Positions 38,628 through 47,049 of a DNA stretch of 49,738 nucleotides are shown here, piece by piece. Under the pieces are notes generated by a model. The model was not told the origin of the DNA. It ran no database searches and saw only the letters and a list, made by a program, of their open reading frames with translations. A program made the translations under genes and the position numbers. This DNA is from an actinobacterium acAMD-2 (GTDB lineage Bacteria > Actinomycetota > Actinomycetes > UBA12327), in contig JNSE01000021.1 of assembly GCA_000754455.1 (NCBI GenBank), positions 1 to 49,738 of the forward strand, in the 5' to 3' direction. Each line of letters starts with the position of its first letter. Positions within the stretch are counted from its first letter, which is position 1.

Positions 38628-39116
38628 ATGAGCGTTACTGACGAATACTTGAAGAACAACGAGGCCTACGCCGCGAATTTCTCAGGACCCCTTCCCCTGC
38701 CTCCATCACGCAACATCGCCGTCGTTGCCTGCATGGACGCTCGATTGGATGTCTACGGGATTTTGGGGCTTGGCCAAGGCGAATCCCACGTGATTCGCAA
38801 TGCTGGTGGAGTCGTCACCGATGACGAGATCCGCTCGCTGGCCATCAGCCAACGTCTGCTCGGCACCAAGGAAATCATCCTCATCCACCACACGGACTGC
38901 GGAATGTTGACCTTCACCGACGACGAGTTCAAGGCCGGTATCCAAGCCGAGACAGGCATCAAGCCCGAGTGGGCTGCCGAGGCCTTCCCCGATCTGGACG
39001 ACGACGTGCGCCAGTCCATCAAGCGCATCAAGAACAGCCCCTTCATTCCGCACACCGATGCGGTTCGAGGATTCGTTTTCGATGTGGCCACTGGCAAGCT
39101 CAACGAAGTCAAGTAA
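38628..39116 (+). CDS. Beta-class carbonic anhydrase, Rv1284/clade-D-like (possible COS hydrolase)
   Basis: ACMDARLD (Cys-x-Asp-x-Arg), HVIRNAGG, HHTDCGM (His-x-x-Cys), RGFVFDVATGKL; 162 aa. Confidence 0.93.
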   Translation: MSVTDEYLKNNEAYAANFSGPLPLPPSRNIAVVACMDARLDVYGILGLGQGESHVIRNAGGVVTDDEIRSLAISQRLLGTKEIILIHHTDCGMLTFTDDEFKAGIQAETGIKPEWAAEAFPDLDDDVRQSIKRIKNSPFIPHTDAVRGFVFDVATGKLNEVK

Positions 39117-39124
39117 GTCAGGCA

Positions 39125-39164
39125 GATGCGGGAATGCAATCCGAACCGGATGCATTCCCGCATC
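39125..39164 (+). terminator. Long hairpin after the carbonic anhydrase (likely terminator without U-tract)
   Basis: GATGCGGGAATGCA-A-TCCG-AAC-CGGA-TGCATTCCCGCATC: 14+4 bp stem. Confidence 0.75.
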
Positions 39165-39240
39165 ATTGCCGTGAGGCGAAAACTGGTCTCATCACGGCGT
39201 GGGTGAAATCGAGTTCACCGGCTCCCACTAAGTTTGTTGT

Positions 39241-40023
39241 GTGCAAGTACTCACCACGCTGACGTCCTTTAGCGACGACCAAGGCAACGTCATCGAATAC
39301 GACGGCATGGTCGAAGGCGAAATCAAGATCAAATTCAAAGGCAACAACAACCGCCTCACCATCCATCCTGGGGCAAAGATTCAGCGTCTCTTTGTTGACT
39401 TTGACTGCGACAACGGCGTATTGACCATTGATGAAAACTTGGGCGGCCCACCCTTTCGAGCCAACATCCGCGTTGGGCAGGACTCAACGGTGACAGTAGG
39501 CAAGAACGTCTCCGCCACCTCTGCAGTAGCCATCTCCGCTACCGAAGGCACCACGGTTGCCATCGGTGACGATGTGATGTTTGCCAGCGAAAATGAAGTG
39601 CGGGCCGACGATGGCCACCCCATCTTTGACGTACGCACGGAAAAACGTGTCAACGTCTCAAGGTCAATAACCATCGGCAATCACGTATGGGTGGCTCGCG
39701 AAGCGGTCTTGCTCGGAGGAGCAACCATCGGCGAGGGTTCGGTTATCGGTTACCGCAGTCTGGTCACCGGAAAAATCCCGAACAACTGCATTGCCGTGGG
39801 TATCCCAGCCAAGGTCGTACGAAAGAGCATCGCGTGGGAGCGCCCCCACCTTTCGCTGATCAAGCCTTATTACAAACCCGACAGTCGAAGCATCAAGAAG
39901 AGCCCGTACTGGAACGTGACCGAGGGTGACATTCAGGTAGGACCTAGGCTGACACCCAAGGCCATCCTCAAGCGCGCGCGACGGGTAGCCGGCAAGGTCA
40001 AGCGAAGGCTGCAGCGCAGGTAG
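39241..40023 (+). CDS. Hexapeptide-repeat O-acyltransferase
   Basis: IGDDVMFA, DGHPIF, ITIGNHVWV, GATIGEGSVIG, NCIAVGIPAKVV. Confidence 0.88.
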   Translation: MQVLTTLTSFSDDQGNVIEYDGMVEGEIKIKFKGNNNRLTIHPGAKIQRLFVDFDCDNGVLTIDENLGGPPFRANIRVGQDSTVTVGKNVSATSAVAISATEGTTVAIGDDVMFASENEVRADDGHPIFDVRTEKRVNVSRSITIGNHVWVAREAVLLGGATIGEGSVIGYRSLVTGKIPNNCIAVGIPAKVVRKSIAWERPHLSLIKPYYKPDSRSIKKSPYWNVTEGDIQVGPRLTPKAILKRARRVAGKVKRRLQRR

Positions 40024-40037
40024 TCCAAGGCCAGATG

Positions 40038-40110
40038 GCCCCCGTAGCTCAGGGGATAGAGCAACGGTTTCCTAAACCGTGTGCCGCAGGTTCGAATCCT
40101 GCCGGGGGCA
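40038..40110 (+). tRNA. tRNA-Arg(CCT)
   Basis: GCCCCCGTAGCTCAGGGGATAGAGCAACGGTTTCCTAAACCGTGTGCCGCAGGTTCGAATCCTGCCGGGGGCA, anticodon CCT. Confidence 0.96.
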
Positions 40111-40140
40111 CAAATCCGATAACGAACAATCCCAACCAAA

Positions 40141-40190
40141 AGATCAGCGGCTGCGATTTTCCAATCCCAGCCGCTGATCTATGTAACGAG
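40141..40190. terminator. Hairpin between tRNA-Arg and the convergent SBP gene
   Basis: AGATCAGCGGCTG (40141-40153) and CAGCCGCTGATCT (40178-40190), perfect 13-bp arms. Confidence 0.7.
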
Positions 40191-40196
40191 GTATTT

Positions 40197-41378
40197 CTAG
40201 TAGTCGGCTCCAACAGCCTTTGACCATGCCTCATTGATCGCCAACGCACCAGCGTCAGTGACGTCGAGCACGACCAGCGTTGCTGGATCACGGTTACCGT
40301 TGGCAGCGTCGATCGTCACCGAACCGGTCACGCCTTCCCAGCCCTTGACCGCGTCCAAGTTGGCCTTGAGTTTCTTGGCATCAAAGCCACCCGTCTCCTC
40401 GGCGGCCTTAGCCAGCAAGTTCAACGAGTCAAAGGTGTACGGGCTCCACGTGCCGGGCTCTTCGCCAAAAGCGGCCTTGTACTGACTAACAAAGTCAGGA
40501 CCGTTGGGGAATTCGCTTGGCGAGGGAACTCCAATGACGGGGCACGCCTTGGCCGCAGGGATTCCCGCAGTCGTGACGAAGATCGGGTCGGCTGCTGCGT
40601 AGTCCGCAACGCACTTCGCGGGGACCTTCGTGTCGTACATCGTCTTGGCAATCAATCCAGCCTGAGGTGAATACATCACCAAGTACACGACATCAGGGTT
40701 CAACGCAGCTGCGGCTTTCACCTGCGCCGCGTAGGACTTAGCTCCAGGAGTAATGCCCACATTGGCCTTGACCGTGACGCCGGCCTTTTCCAAACTTGCC
40801 TTCAATTTGGCATTAGTGGTAGCCGTGTAGCCAGGAGTTGAATCAAACACCAAGACTGCGGTCTTGGCCTTCAACCACTTAGTGACTGCTTCGGTTGCCA
40901 CAGGAACGATTTGATAGTCCATCGGCTGGAGGGTGTAACCCAATCCATTGGTCGTGGTGCTGTTGGACGTCAAGCGAATAGGGGTGAGACCAGCCTTGAT
41001 GTACAACGGCAAAGTCTTGGCGCCTGCACCGGAGTTGTAGGGGCCAACGACCCCATCAAGGCCGGCCTTAATCGCAGCGGTAGCCGCTTTGACACCGACG
41101 ACGGCATCTGCTGCATCGTCAATAGGAACGATGACGACCTTCTTACCGTTAATGCCGCCCTTGGCATTGAGCTGATCGGCCGCCAGTTGGGCACCGTTGA
41201 TCATGCCTTTGCCAGTATCGGCCTGGTCGCCGGAAATCGGCGCTTCCACACCAATGCGGACAGTGCCGGTCAGCGCGGGGGTAGCCGTGGCATTGGAATC
41301 ACTTGAAGAGCTCGAGCACCCAGCCACGGCCAACGAAACGAGTGCGCACAGCGCAAGAATCTTGGAGGTTTTTGTCAT
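40197..41378 (-). CDS. Branched-chain amino acid (LivJ/K-like) ABC substrate-binding lipoprotein
   Basis: Lipobox VAG-C; RIGVEAPISG, GAQLAADQLNAKGGING, VVGPYNSG, Y.FDSLNLLAKA; ATG 41378. Confidence 0.88.
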   Translation of the reverse strand: MTKTSKILALCALVSLAVAGCSSSSSDSNATATPALTGTVRIGVEAPISGDQADTGKGMINGAQLAADQLNAKGGINGKKVVIVPIDDAADAVVGVKAATAAIKAGLDGVVGPYNSGAGAKTLPLYIKAGLTPIRLTSNSTTTNGLGYTLQPMDYQIVPVATEAVTKWLKAKTAVLVFDSTPGYTATTNAKLKASLEKAGVTVKANVGITPGAKSYAAQVKAAAALNPDVVYLVMYSPQAGLIAKTMYDTKVPAKCVADYAAADPIFVTTAGIPAAKACPVIGVPSPSEFPNGPDFVSQYKAAFGEEPGTWSPYTFDSLNLLAKAAEETGGFDAKKLKANLDAVKGWEGVTGSVTIDAANGNRDPATLVVLDVTDAGALAINEAWSKAVGADY

Positions 41379-41520
41379 GGCGAAAACCTTACCTAAGGAC
41401 CAAAAGAAAGCAGGGGCATCCCTCGGGCAACGCGCCAAGGACGTTAATCCCACGTCCACGCGGACAAATCCCTCTCCTCGCCTACATTGACTCAAGGGAA
41501 AACAGGGAGGGCACCACCGA

Positions 41521-43002
41521 ATGAGAGAACCCAGTGATTCGACTGGCGACGATGAGTGGGGTTTCATTACCGCGCGCGCCAAGCCCTCACCACAGACAGC
41601 GACGAACAAAGAAGCCCTCGCTGATCTGATCGAATCGGAAAGTTCTACCCCAGCCGAACCAAAGAAGAACGTGGTGGGAAGCCGCCTCGAATCCTGGGGT
41701 GATCAATCGTCGATTGAACAACTTCGTGGTCGGGCTCGACCCCTCTCGTGGGCCATCGCCGCAGTGTTCGTCATCGGCTACATCAACGAAATCGTCGCTG
41801 GTTCTCGATTTGTTTCCCTACTGGGCCTCAAAGCAGTCATCATCATTTATCCACTGGCAGGCCTAGGCCTCATTGCCGTTGCTTTGTTGCAGATCACATG
41901 GATTGATCGCCTCCCGCGCGACAAAGCACTCTCGCGCGTCACCAAGATTTATGCCGGTGGTTTCGTCATCGGATTGATCCTTGTGGCCATTCCCCAGACC
42001 ACCATCATTGGCTCAGGGGTGATCTGGCTTTTCGCTGACCAATTGAACTTCCTGCTGCCGCTCATCATCTGGACTATGACCAGCGATGTGTTCAATGCCG
42101 GTGAGGGGCGCAAGATTTATCCGTCCATTACGCAGTGGCAATACGGTGGCCAACTCACCGGTCTAGCCATCAGCGCGTTAGCACCCTTCCTCTTTATCCC
42201 CCTAGGGATTCCTCTGCCCTACCTGCTCCTGATCTGCCCTATTGGTCTGTTGCTGATCGGGGTACTGCTGCCACGAGCGCTCAAAGACTCGGCTTTGAGC
42301 CAAGGCCATGGTCGCGACGAAAACGTCGTTGAGTCACTGAAATCAGCCTGGAGTTTCGTCGGCGGAGTGAAGGCCTTCACCGCGATGTTCTCGACCTCGG
42401 TTGCTGTCTTTACCGCCGGAATGATTTACAAAGGCGCCTTCCTCAGCAACAGCGAGGTGATTGTCAACGATCCAGCGAAGCTGCAAGTGATCTACGGGCT
42501 CACGATGATCGCCGTGTTCATCATGTGTGGACTCCTCCAAAAATTCTTCGTTACCAAAATCTTGGAGAAATTCACCATCCCTGGCTCATTGCTCCTCTTG
42601 CCAATCTTTGCCACCGCTTGCGGAGTCTTCATGGCATGGGGCCTCATCGGCGGGCTGGGCATTAAGCCGCAATACTTGCCATTCCTGATAATCGGCATCA
42701 TCTTGTGGTGGGTGCCTCGCTGGAGCATCGATGACGTTGCTCGCCGCACCGCGCTAGCCGTTGTCCCCAACGAACGTCGGGCACGTGTTTCCTTCATCAT
42801 TGACCTACTCCCCATCTGCGTTGGTCTTATTGCGGCCGGTCTGGTTCTAGGACTCACCTACGCAACCGGTCTCACCCAGTTGGCACCGCTCATCGCCTTA
42901 CCCTTTGCGCTCTTTGCGATCTTCCCTGCGCGGGTCATGGCCAAGGAGTGGGACAAGGCCCTGTTGAGCCCCTTGCTGCGGATTCGCAAACGCCTGAACT
43001 AG
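41521..43002 (+). CDS. About 12-TM MFS-fold transporter, Npt1/Npt2 (TLC) family-like
   Basis: W.MTSDVFNAGEGRKIYP.I...Q.GGQL.G motif; WSIDDVARR.AL..VP...R.R motif; GGAGG RBS. Confidence 0.55.
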   Translation: MREPSDSTGDDEWGFITARAKPSPQTATNKEALADLIESESSTPAEPKKNVVGSRLESWGDQSSIEQLRGRARPLSWAIAAVFVIGYINEIVAGSRFVSLLGLKAVIIIYPLAGLGLIAVALLQITWIDRLPRDKALSRVTKIYAGGFVIGLILVAIPQTTIIGSGVIWLFADQLNFLLPLIIWTMTSDVFNAGEGRKIYPSITQWQYGGQLTGLAISALAPFLFIPLGIPLPYLLLICPIGLLLIGVLLPRALKDSALSQGHGRDENVVESLKSAWSFVGGVKAFTAMFSTSVAVFTAGMIYKGAFLSNSEVIVNDPAKLQVIYGLTMIAVFIMCGLLQKFFVTKILEKFTIPGSLLLLPIFATACGVFMAWGLIGGLGIKPQYLPFLIIGIILWWVPRWSIDDVARRTALAVVPNERRARVSFIIDLLPICVGLIAAGLVLGLTYATGLTQLAPLIALPFALFAIFPARVMAKEWDKALLSPLLRIRKRLN

Positions 43003-43118
43003 GTAAAACTGGCTCCTTGCGAGCCAGCAATCTCATCAAAAGAGCTGGTTTCCCTTGCCTGCCATTGGTCAAGCACGTCAGACTGAGGGGGGGCCTGAAG
43101 ACGCGGAAGGAGAAAAGC

Positions 43119-43916
43119 GTGACAAGCGACCTGTCCGCTGTACCTTCCATGCGCGAGCATCAATGGGCCAGCATTCGCCTGGCCTACCAGCCCGTTCATC
43201 ATGTGGTGTGCCGGCAACCGGCTGGAGCCGAAGCGCTTCTGCGTCGCCTTGAACCTGACGGCAGCGTCTTGGGTCCGCAGGTCGTTTTGGAGCAGTCGGA
43301 TCGAGATGGCACCGACTTTGAACTCGCGTGCTACATCGTTTCGCTGGCAGCCCAACAAGCTAAAACGTGGGCCGGAGACAACTGGCTCACTGGATATCGC
43401 GTCGGCATCAACGTCAGCCCTCGAGTTTTGGGAAGAACCGACTTTGCAGCCAGTGTCTTACACATCCTTGAACAACATGAGTGTGATCCCAGAAATATCT
43501 TGATAGAGCTAACCGAAACGCAATACCTTGACCACTTCCGATCCGCTCTTGATCAAATCCGTCAATTGCGAGCAGCCGAAATCTTGGTCGCCCTTGATGA
43601 CTTCGGAGCCGGCTATTCCAATATTGGACTATTGCGCTCGCTACCTATCGACATGATCAAGATTGATCCGGTTGTCTTCGGCGATGAACCCAAAGCACGC
43701 GAGATCTCCGTGGTCTCTCACGTCGTTGGTATGGCACAGGCGGTGGGTGCCGTCGTTGTGGCTGAGGGAATTGAGACTGAAACTCAACTCGCGTGTGTCG
43801 AAACTGCTGGTGTGGACTACGTGCAGGGCTGGCTCTTTTCCCGAGCCACCTTGGCCGGCCAAGTCGCTCCCGGCTGGGGACCTTCGGGCCAGGCCCCCTG
43901 CACCTGCTGGGCCTAA
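43119..43916 (+). CDS. Stand-alone EAL-domain c-di-GMP phosphodiesterase
   Basis: YQP, GAEALLR, INVS, IELTE, LDDFGAGYS, IKID, AEGIET, VQGW; GAAGGAG RBS before GTG 43119. Confidence 0.92.
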   Translation: MTSDLSAVPSMREHQWASIRLAYQPVHHVVCRQPAGAEALLRRLEPDGSVLGPQVVLEQSDRDGTDFELACYIVSLAAQQAKTWAGDNWLTGYRVGINVSPRVLGRTDFAASVLHILEQHECDPRNILIELTETQYLDHFRSALDQIRQLRAAEILVALDDFGAGYSNIGLLRSLPIDMIKIDPVVFGDEPKAREISVVSHVVGMAQAVGAVVVAEGIETETQLACVETAGVDYVQGWLFSRATLAGQVAPGWGPSGQAPCTCWA

Positions 43917-43922
43917 GTCGCG

Positions 43923-45056
43923 CTAAGGGCTCGTTGAACCTTCAGGCGTGGCCGGCAAGATCCAAGAGTTCTCTAAGCCTTCTTCGCGACGGTAAGGGCT
44001 CGCGATGATGGTCTTCATACTCTTAGTTCCTTCGGAAGTTCCCAGCACCGAGTAACCCAAGTCCACTGCCTTTTGCTTAATCTTGCGGAACTCAAGAGAC
44101 ATTTGGTCTGAACGAAGGTGCAGTTCGCCATTGAGTTCGGTGGGGATCAACTCAGGAGCGATCTCATTGACGACGACGTCGTCCTGGGCAAACACCTTTT
44201 CAATCATCTTTTTGGCAATGCGGTCAGCCCACGGCGTCTTGTAGAAGTTCCGGTAGCCCTTCCACTTAGTCAGCGTGGTGTATTCATCGACGGGAATATT
44301 GGTGTCCCAGATGACCTGGCGACCCAGCTTGGGAATCGTGAGGTCAATCATGACGATGGAGGGGAAGAAGAACGCGGTCTTGACCAACACCGGTGGCGTG
44401 GGTTCGTCCTCCTTGTAGGCACGTGACTTAGGGAACAACTGCGTCAATTTGCCAGCGGGCTTATTTGGCGAGAACTGCTCGACGGTAAGGCGAGCCCACC
44501 ATTCACCGACTTCAATTTCAAACTCTTCAACCGGCGGAGCCTTGGGGTCACCGAAGACGCCACCGTGGACGAACGGGGTGTGCGATTGGTCCGTTCCGTT
44601 TTCTACTACGCGCTCGTAGTTTGCATTCCACGTCCACTCACCACTGACCGAGCGATACTCCGGGTCATCCATGAAGGACAGATCAGGAATGGGCACGCGC
44701 TCTTCTTCGGGAATATCTCCCGGGAATACCCAGATCCAGCCATAGCGCTCTTCGACCGGGTAGCTATCAACTCGTGCGCGCTTGGAGATCGGCTTCCCAC
44801 GACCGTTGGCCGGAATGATGGTGCAAGCACCGTCGCCACCAAATCCCCAACCGTGATACGGACACGTAATGTTGTCGTCTTCGACCTTGCCCTGCGACAA
44901 GCTGCCGCCGCGGTGAATGCAGGTGTTGCTCAGCGCACGCACCTCACCATTGCTCGCGCGCCACAAGACAAGGTCCTGCGCCAACAAGCGGTGCTTGGAA
45001 GGAGCCGCAGTGATTTCTTCGCTGAACGCAATCGCGTACCAAAAGTTTTTGAACAT
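43923..45056 (-). CDS. Rieske non-heme iron oxygenase, alpha subunit (VanA/KshA-like)
   Basis: CIHRGGSL...CPYHGW Rieske motif; ENGTDQSHTPFVH iron motif; C-terminal VFAQDD Asp. Confidence 0.92.
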   Translation of the reverse strand: MFKNFWYAIAFSEEITAAPSKHRLLAQDLVLWRASNGEVRALSNTCIHRGGSLSQGKVEDDNITCPYHGWGFGGDGACTIIPANGRGKPISKRARVDSYPVEERYGWIWVFPGDIPEEERVPIPDLSFMDDPEYRSVSGEWTWNANYERVVENGTDQSHTPFVHGGVFGDPKAPPVEEFEIEVGEWWARLTVEQFSPNKPAGKLTQLFPKSRAYKEDEPTPPVLVKTAFFFPSIVMIDLTIPKLGRQVIWDTNIPVDEYTTLTKWKGYRNFYKTPWADRIAKKMIEKVFAQDDVVVNEIAPELIPTELNGELHLRSDQMSLEFRKIKQKAVDLGYSVLGTSEGTKSMKTIIASPYRREEGLENSWILPATPEGSTSP

Positions 45057-45120
45057 GTCTGTAAGTGTGGCCGATGAATGAGGATCTCGCGCCCTCGGGG
45101 CACCAAAATGGGCCGAAGGA

Positions 45121-45999
45121 CTAGTCCCAGGCTCCGTAGACAGTCACGCGCAGGGGTTGGTTACGCGTGAGGTTAAACAAGACCTTGGCATCTTTGATGT
45201 ACATGTTGATACAGCCGTGGGAGTGACCCACCCACGGATCGACCATGAATCCAGAGCCATGCTGACCCTGCCCCCCCGAATGCGGCATGAAGTAGTACAT
45301 CTTCACGTCGTAAAGCGAGGACACCTTTTCCTTGTAACGAGCAGTCACTTTGTAGTTTCCGGTACGGGTCTGAGTTGAGTACGCACCCCCACGAACCAGC
45401 CACACGTTCCACAACTTCCCATTCTTAAACAAGAAGTCTTGGTGCGATGCTCGGTCGTAGCAGGAGTGCCAACCTGCACCCCGGCACACTGTGGGAATCG
45501 ATGACTTAAATCGAATGGTGCGCTGAATCAATACGGCCCAAGTCTGCACATTCACGTTCCCCGTTGGGGCCAAGCAATTCTTAGACTGGAAGGTGCGTAC
45601 CGCTCGCCGAGTGGCCGGTCCGTAAGAACCAGTGACCGAGCCCTTGTAGACCTTGGCCCATCGCAGTCGGTACTGCGCCTCACGCACGTGATTGATCGAC
45701 TTGGGCCCACCATCGCGCATGCCAAATTTTGTGGCCGCACGGTAGAACGGTTTAGACGGGGTGGTGTTCTTCGCTTGAGCAGCGATTTGACACTTAGTCA
45801 GGGCGCGTGGGGTGGGCTTTGGTGTCGGCTTCGGAGTGGGCCGAGGAGTTGGACTCGGTGACATCGTCGGCGGTGGCGTTGTCGGTGGCGCAATGACCGC
45901 GGCACCAGCTGTAGGAACGGTAAGAGCGCTTAGCCCCAGGGCAGCCACAGCACACATGCTTGCCCTCGCCCCAGCCCTGCGCATGTCTTGGCCCTTCAC
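45121..45999 (-). CDS. L,D-transpeptidase (YkuD) with peptidoglycan-binding domain
   Basis: Signal peptide, PT/PK repeats, PG_binding_1-like segment (G.YGPATRRAVRTFQ), HG...SHGCINM. Confidence 0.9.
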   Translation of the reverse strand: MKGQDMRRAGARASMCAVAALGLSALTVPTAGAAVIAPPTTPPPTMSPSPTPRPTPKPTPKPTPRALTKCQIAAQAKNTTPSKPFYRAATKFGMRDGGPKSINHVREAQYRLRWAKVYKGSVTGSYGPATRRAVRTFQSKNCLAPTGNVNVQTWAVLIQRTIRFKSSIPTVCRGAGWHSCYDRASHQDFLFKNGKLWNVWLVRGGAYSTQTRTGNYKVTARYKEKVSSLYDVKMYYFMPHSGGQGQHGSGFMVDPWVGHSHGCINMYIKDAKVLFNLTRNQPLRVTVYGAWD

Positions 46000-46071
46000 C
46001 CGTCCTGAGCGGCCAGATCATCATGGCCTCAGATAAGTGTGCCCTACCGCGGGCAAGGTCCGCAAAAGTCC

Positions 46072-46869
46072 TTAGACCACACGACCGAAAAAGACGTTCC
46101 CGGAGAAGATCGGGCCCAAGCCGGAACGAGTGCCCGGTACTGAGGCGTGGTACAGCCGACTTCCACCCGCATAGATCCCCACGTGATAGACACGTCCGCC
46201 CTTGGTGAAGAACACCAAGTCACCCGGACGGGCCTGCGAGCGCGAGATTCGGCGCACGCTAGAAGCTTGCTGACCAGATTGATGGGGCAAGCTGCGTCCG
46301 ATGGCCCGTTCAATGACGTAGCTCGTGAATCCAGAGCAGTCAAACGAACCAGGACCGGCGGCACCGGCGACATAGGGGCGACCGGAATAGCGTCGCGCCA
46401 TGTCAATAATGCGACCGAGGCGAGAGGTGGTACGCACTTGTGCGGCAACGGTCTTGCCAGCGCGCGATCGATTCCACTGGGAAATGATGCGATCGGTGGA
46501 AGTATCAACAGCCCCGGTGCGTGAAACCTTGGCCCACTTTTGGATTTGCTTGACGCGAACAACCGTCTTGGCGTCATAGACGCGGTCGGGCTTGAGCATG
46601 TGAACGCGTTGTTCCAACTTCAAGACAGCAATTCCGCGCGAACCCTTTTTCAACAAGACTTTGGCTGGCTTCGGGTGAGCCAGCGGAGGGGTGACCGGAG
46701 CAATAACCTCAACGGCCGGCGGCTTCGTGGATGGTCCTTGGACTGACGATTCAGGACCCGAGACACTGCCAGCATTGGCTTGTGCGGATGCCACAACAGG
46801 ACTGACCAACGAGGCCAAAAGCCCAGCGCTAATAGCAAGCGCCAACGAGCGACGTGATGTTTTGAGCAT
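46072..46869 (-). CDS. NlpC/P60 peptidoglycan endopeptidase
   Basis: Signal peptide; PG-binding-like segment; YV.GA.GPGSFDCSGF, RPGDLVFF, HVGIY, HAS (Cys-His-His). Confidence 0.93.
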   Translation of the reverse strand: MLKTSRRSLALAISAGLLASLVSPVVASAQANAGSVSGPESSVQGPSTKPPAVEVIAPVTPPLAHPKPAKVLLKKGSRGIAVLKLEQRVHMLKPDRVYDAKTVVRVKQIQKWAKVSRTGAVDTSTDRIISQWNRSRAGKTVAAQVRTTSRLGRIIDMARRYSGRPYVAGAAGPGSFDCSGFTSYVIERAIGRSLPHQSGQQASSVRRISRSQARPGDLVFFTKGGRVYHVGIYAGGSRLYHASVPGTRSGLGPIFSGNVFFGRVV

Positions 46870-46885
46870 GTCGAAGATGCCCTCT

Positions 46886-47049
46886 CCGACGCCTTCGAGG
46901 TGAGCTGTCGGGTTCGGGCCGGAGTATGGCCCGGCCGGCTAGTTTCCTAGTCGGCTTCACCCCAAGGCCCAAAAATCTGGGCCACTTTCATGGGTCCCCC
47001 GCTCCTGCCAAGCGGTTTTTCTTTGCTACCAGGCAGGATTCGGCGTCGG
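46886..47049 (-). ncRNA. c-di-AMP (ydaO/yuaA) riboswitch
   Basis: CCGACGCC/GGCGTCGG closing helix; GAATCCTGC, GCAGGAGCGGGGGACCCA, GGGGTGAA, CCGAACCCGACAGCT conserved blocks; upstream of a cell-wall hydrolase. Confidence 0.92.

Noticed and set aside
38706-39166. Two antisense ORFs (149 and 137 aa) over the carbonic anhydrase
   Set aside because: Shadows of a strongly codon-biased gene
43087-43093. G7 tract upstream of the EAL gene as a phase-variation site
   Set aside because: Intergenic, lying between a possible -10 and the RBS; no evidence of a functional effect from sequence alone
30490-45056. Intact genomic island or prophage around tRNA-Arg
   Set aside because: No integrase, transposase or phage genes, and I found no second copy of the tRNA-Arg 3' end in the window
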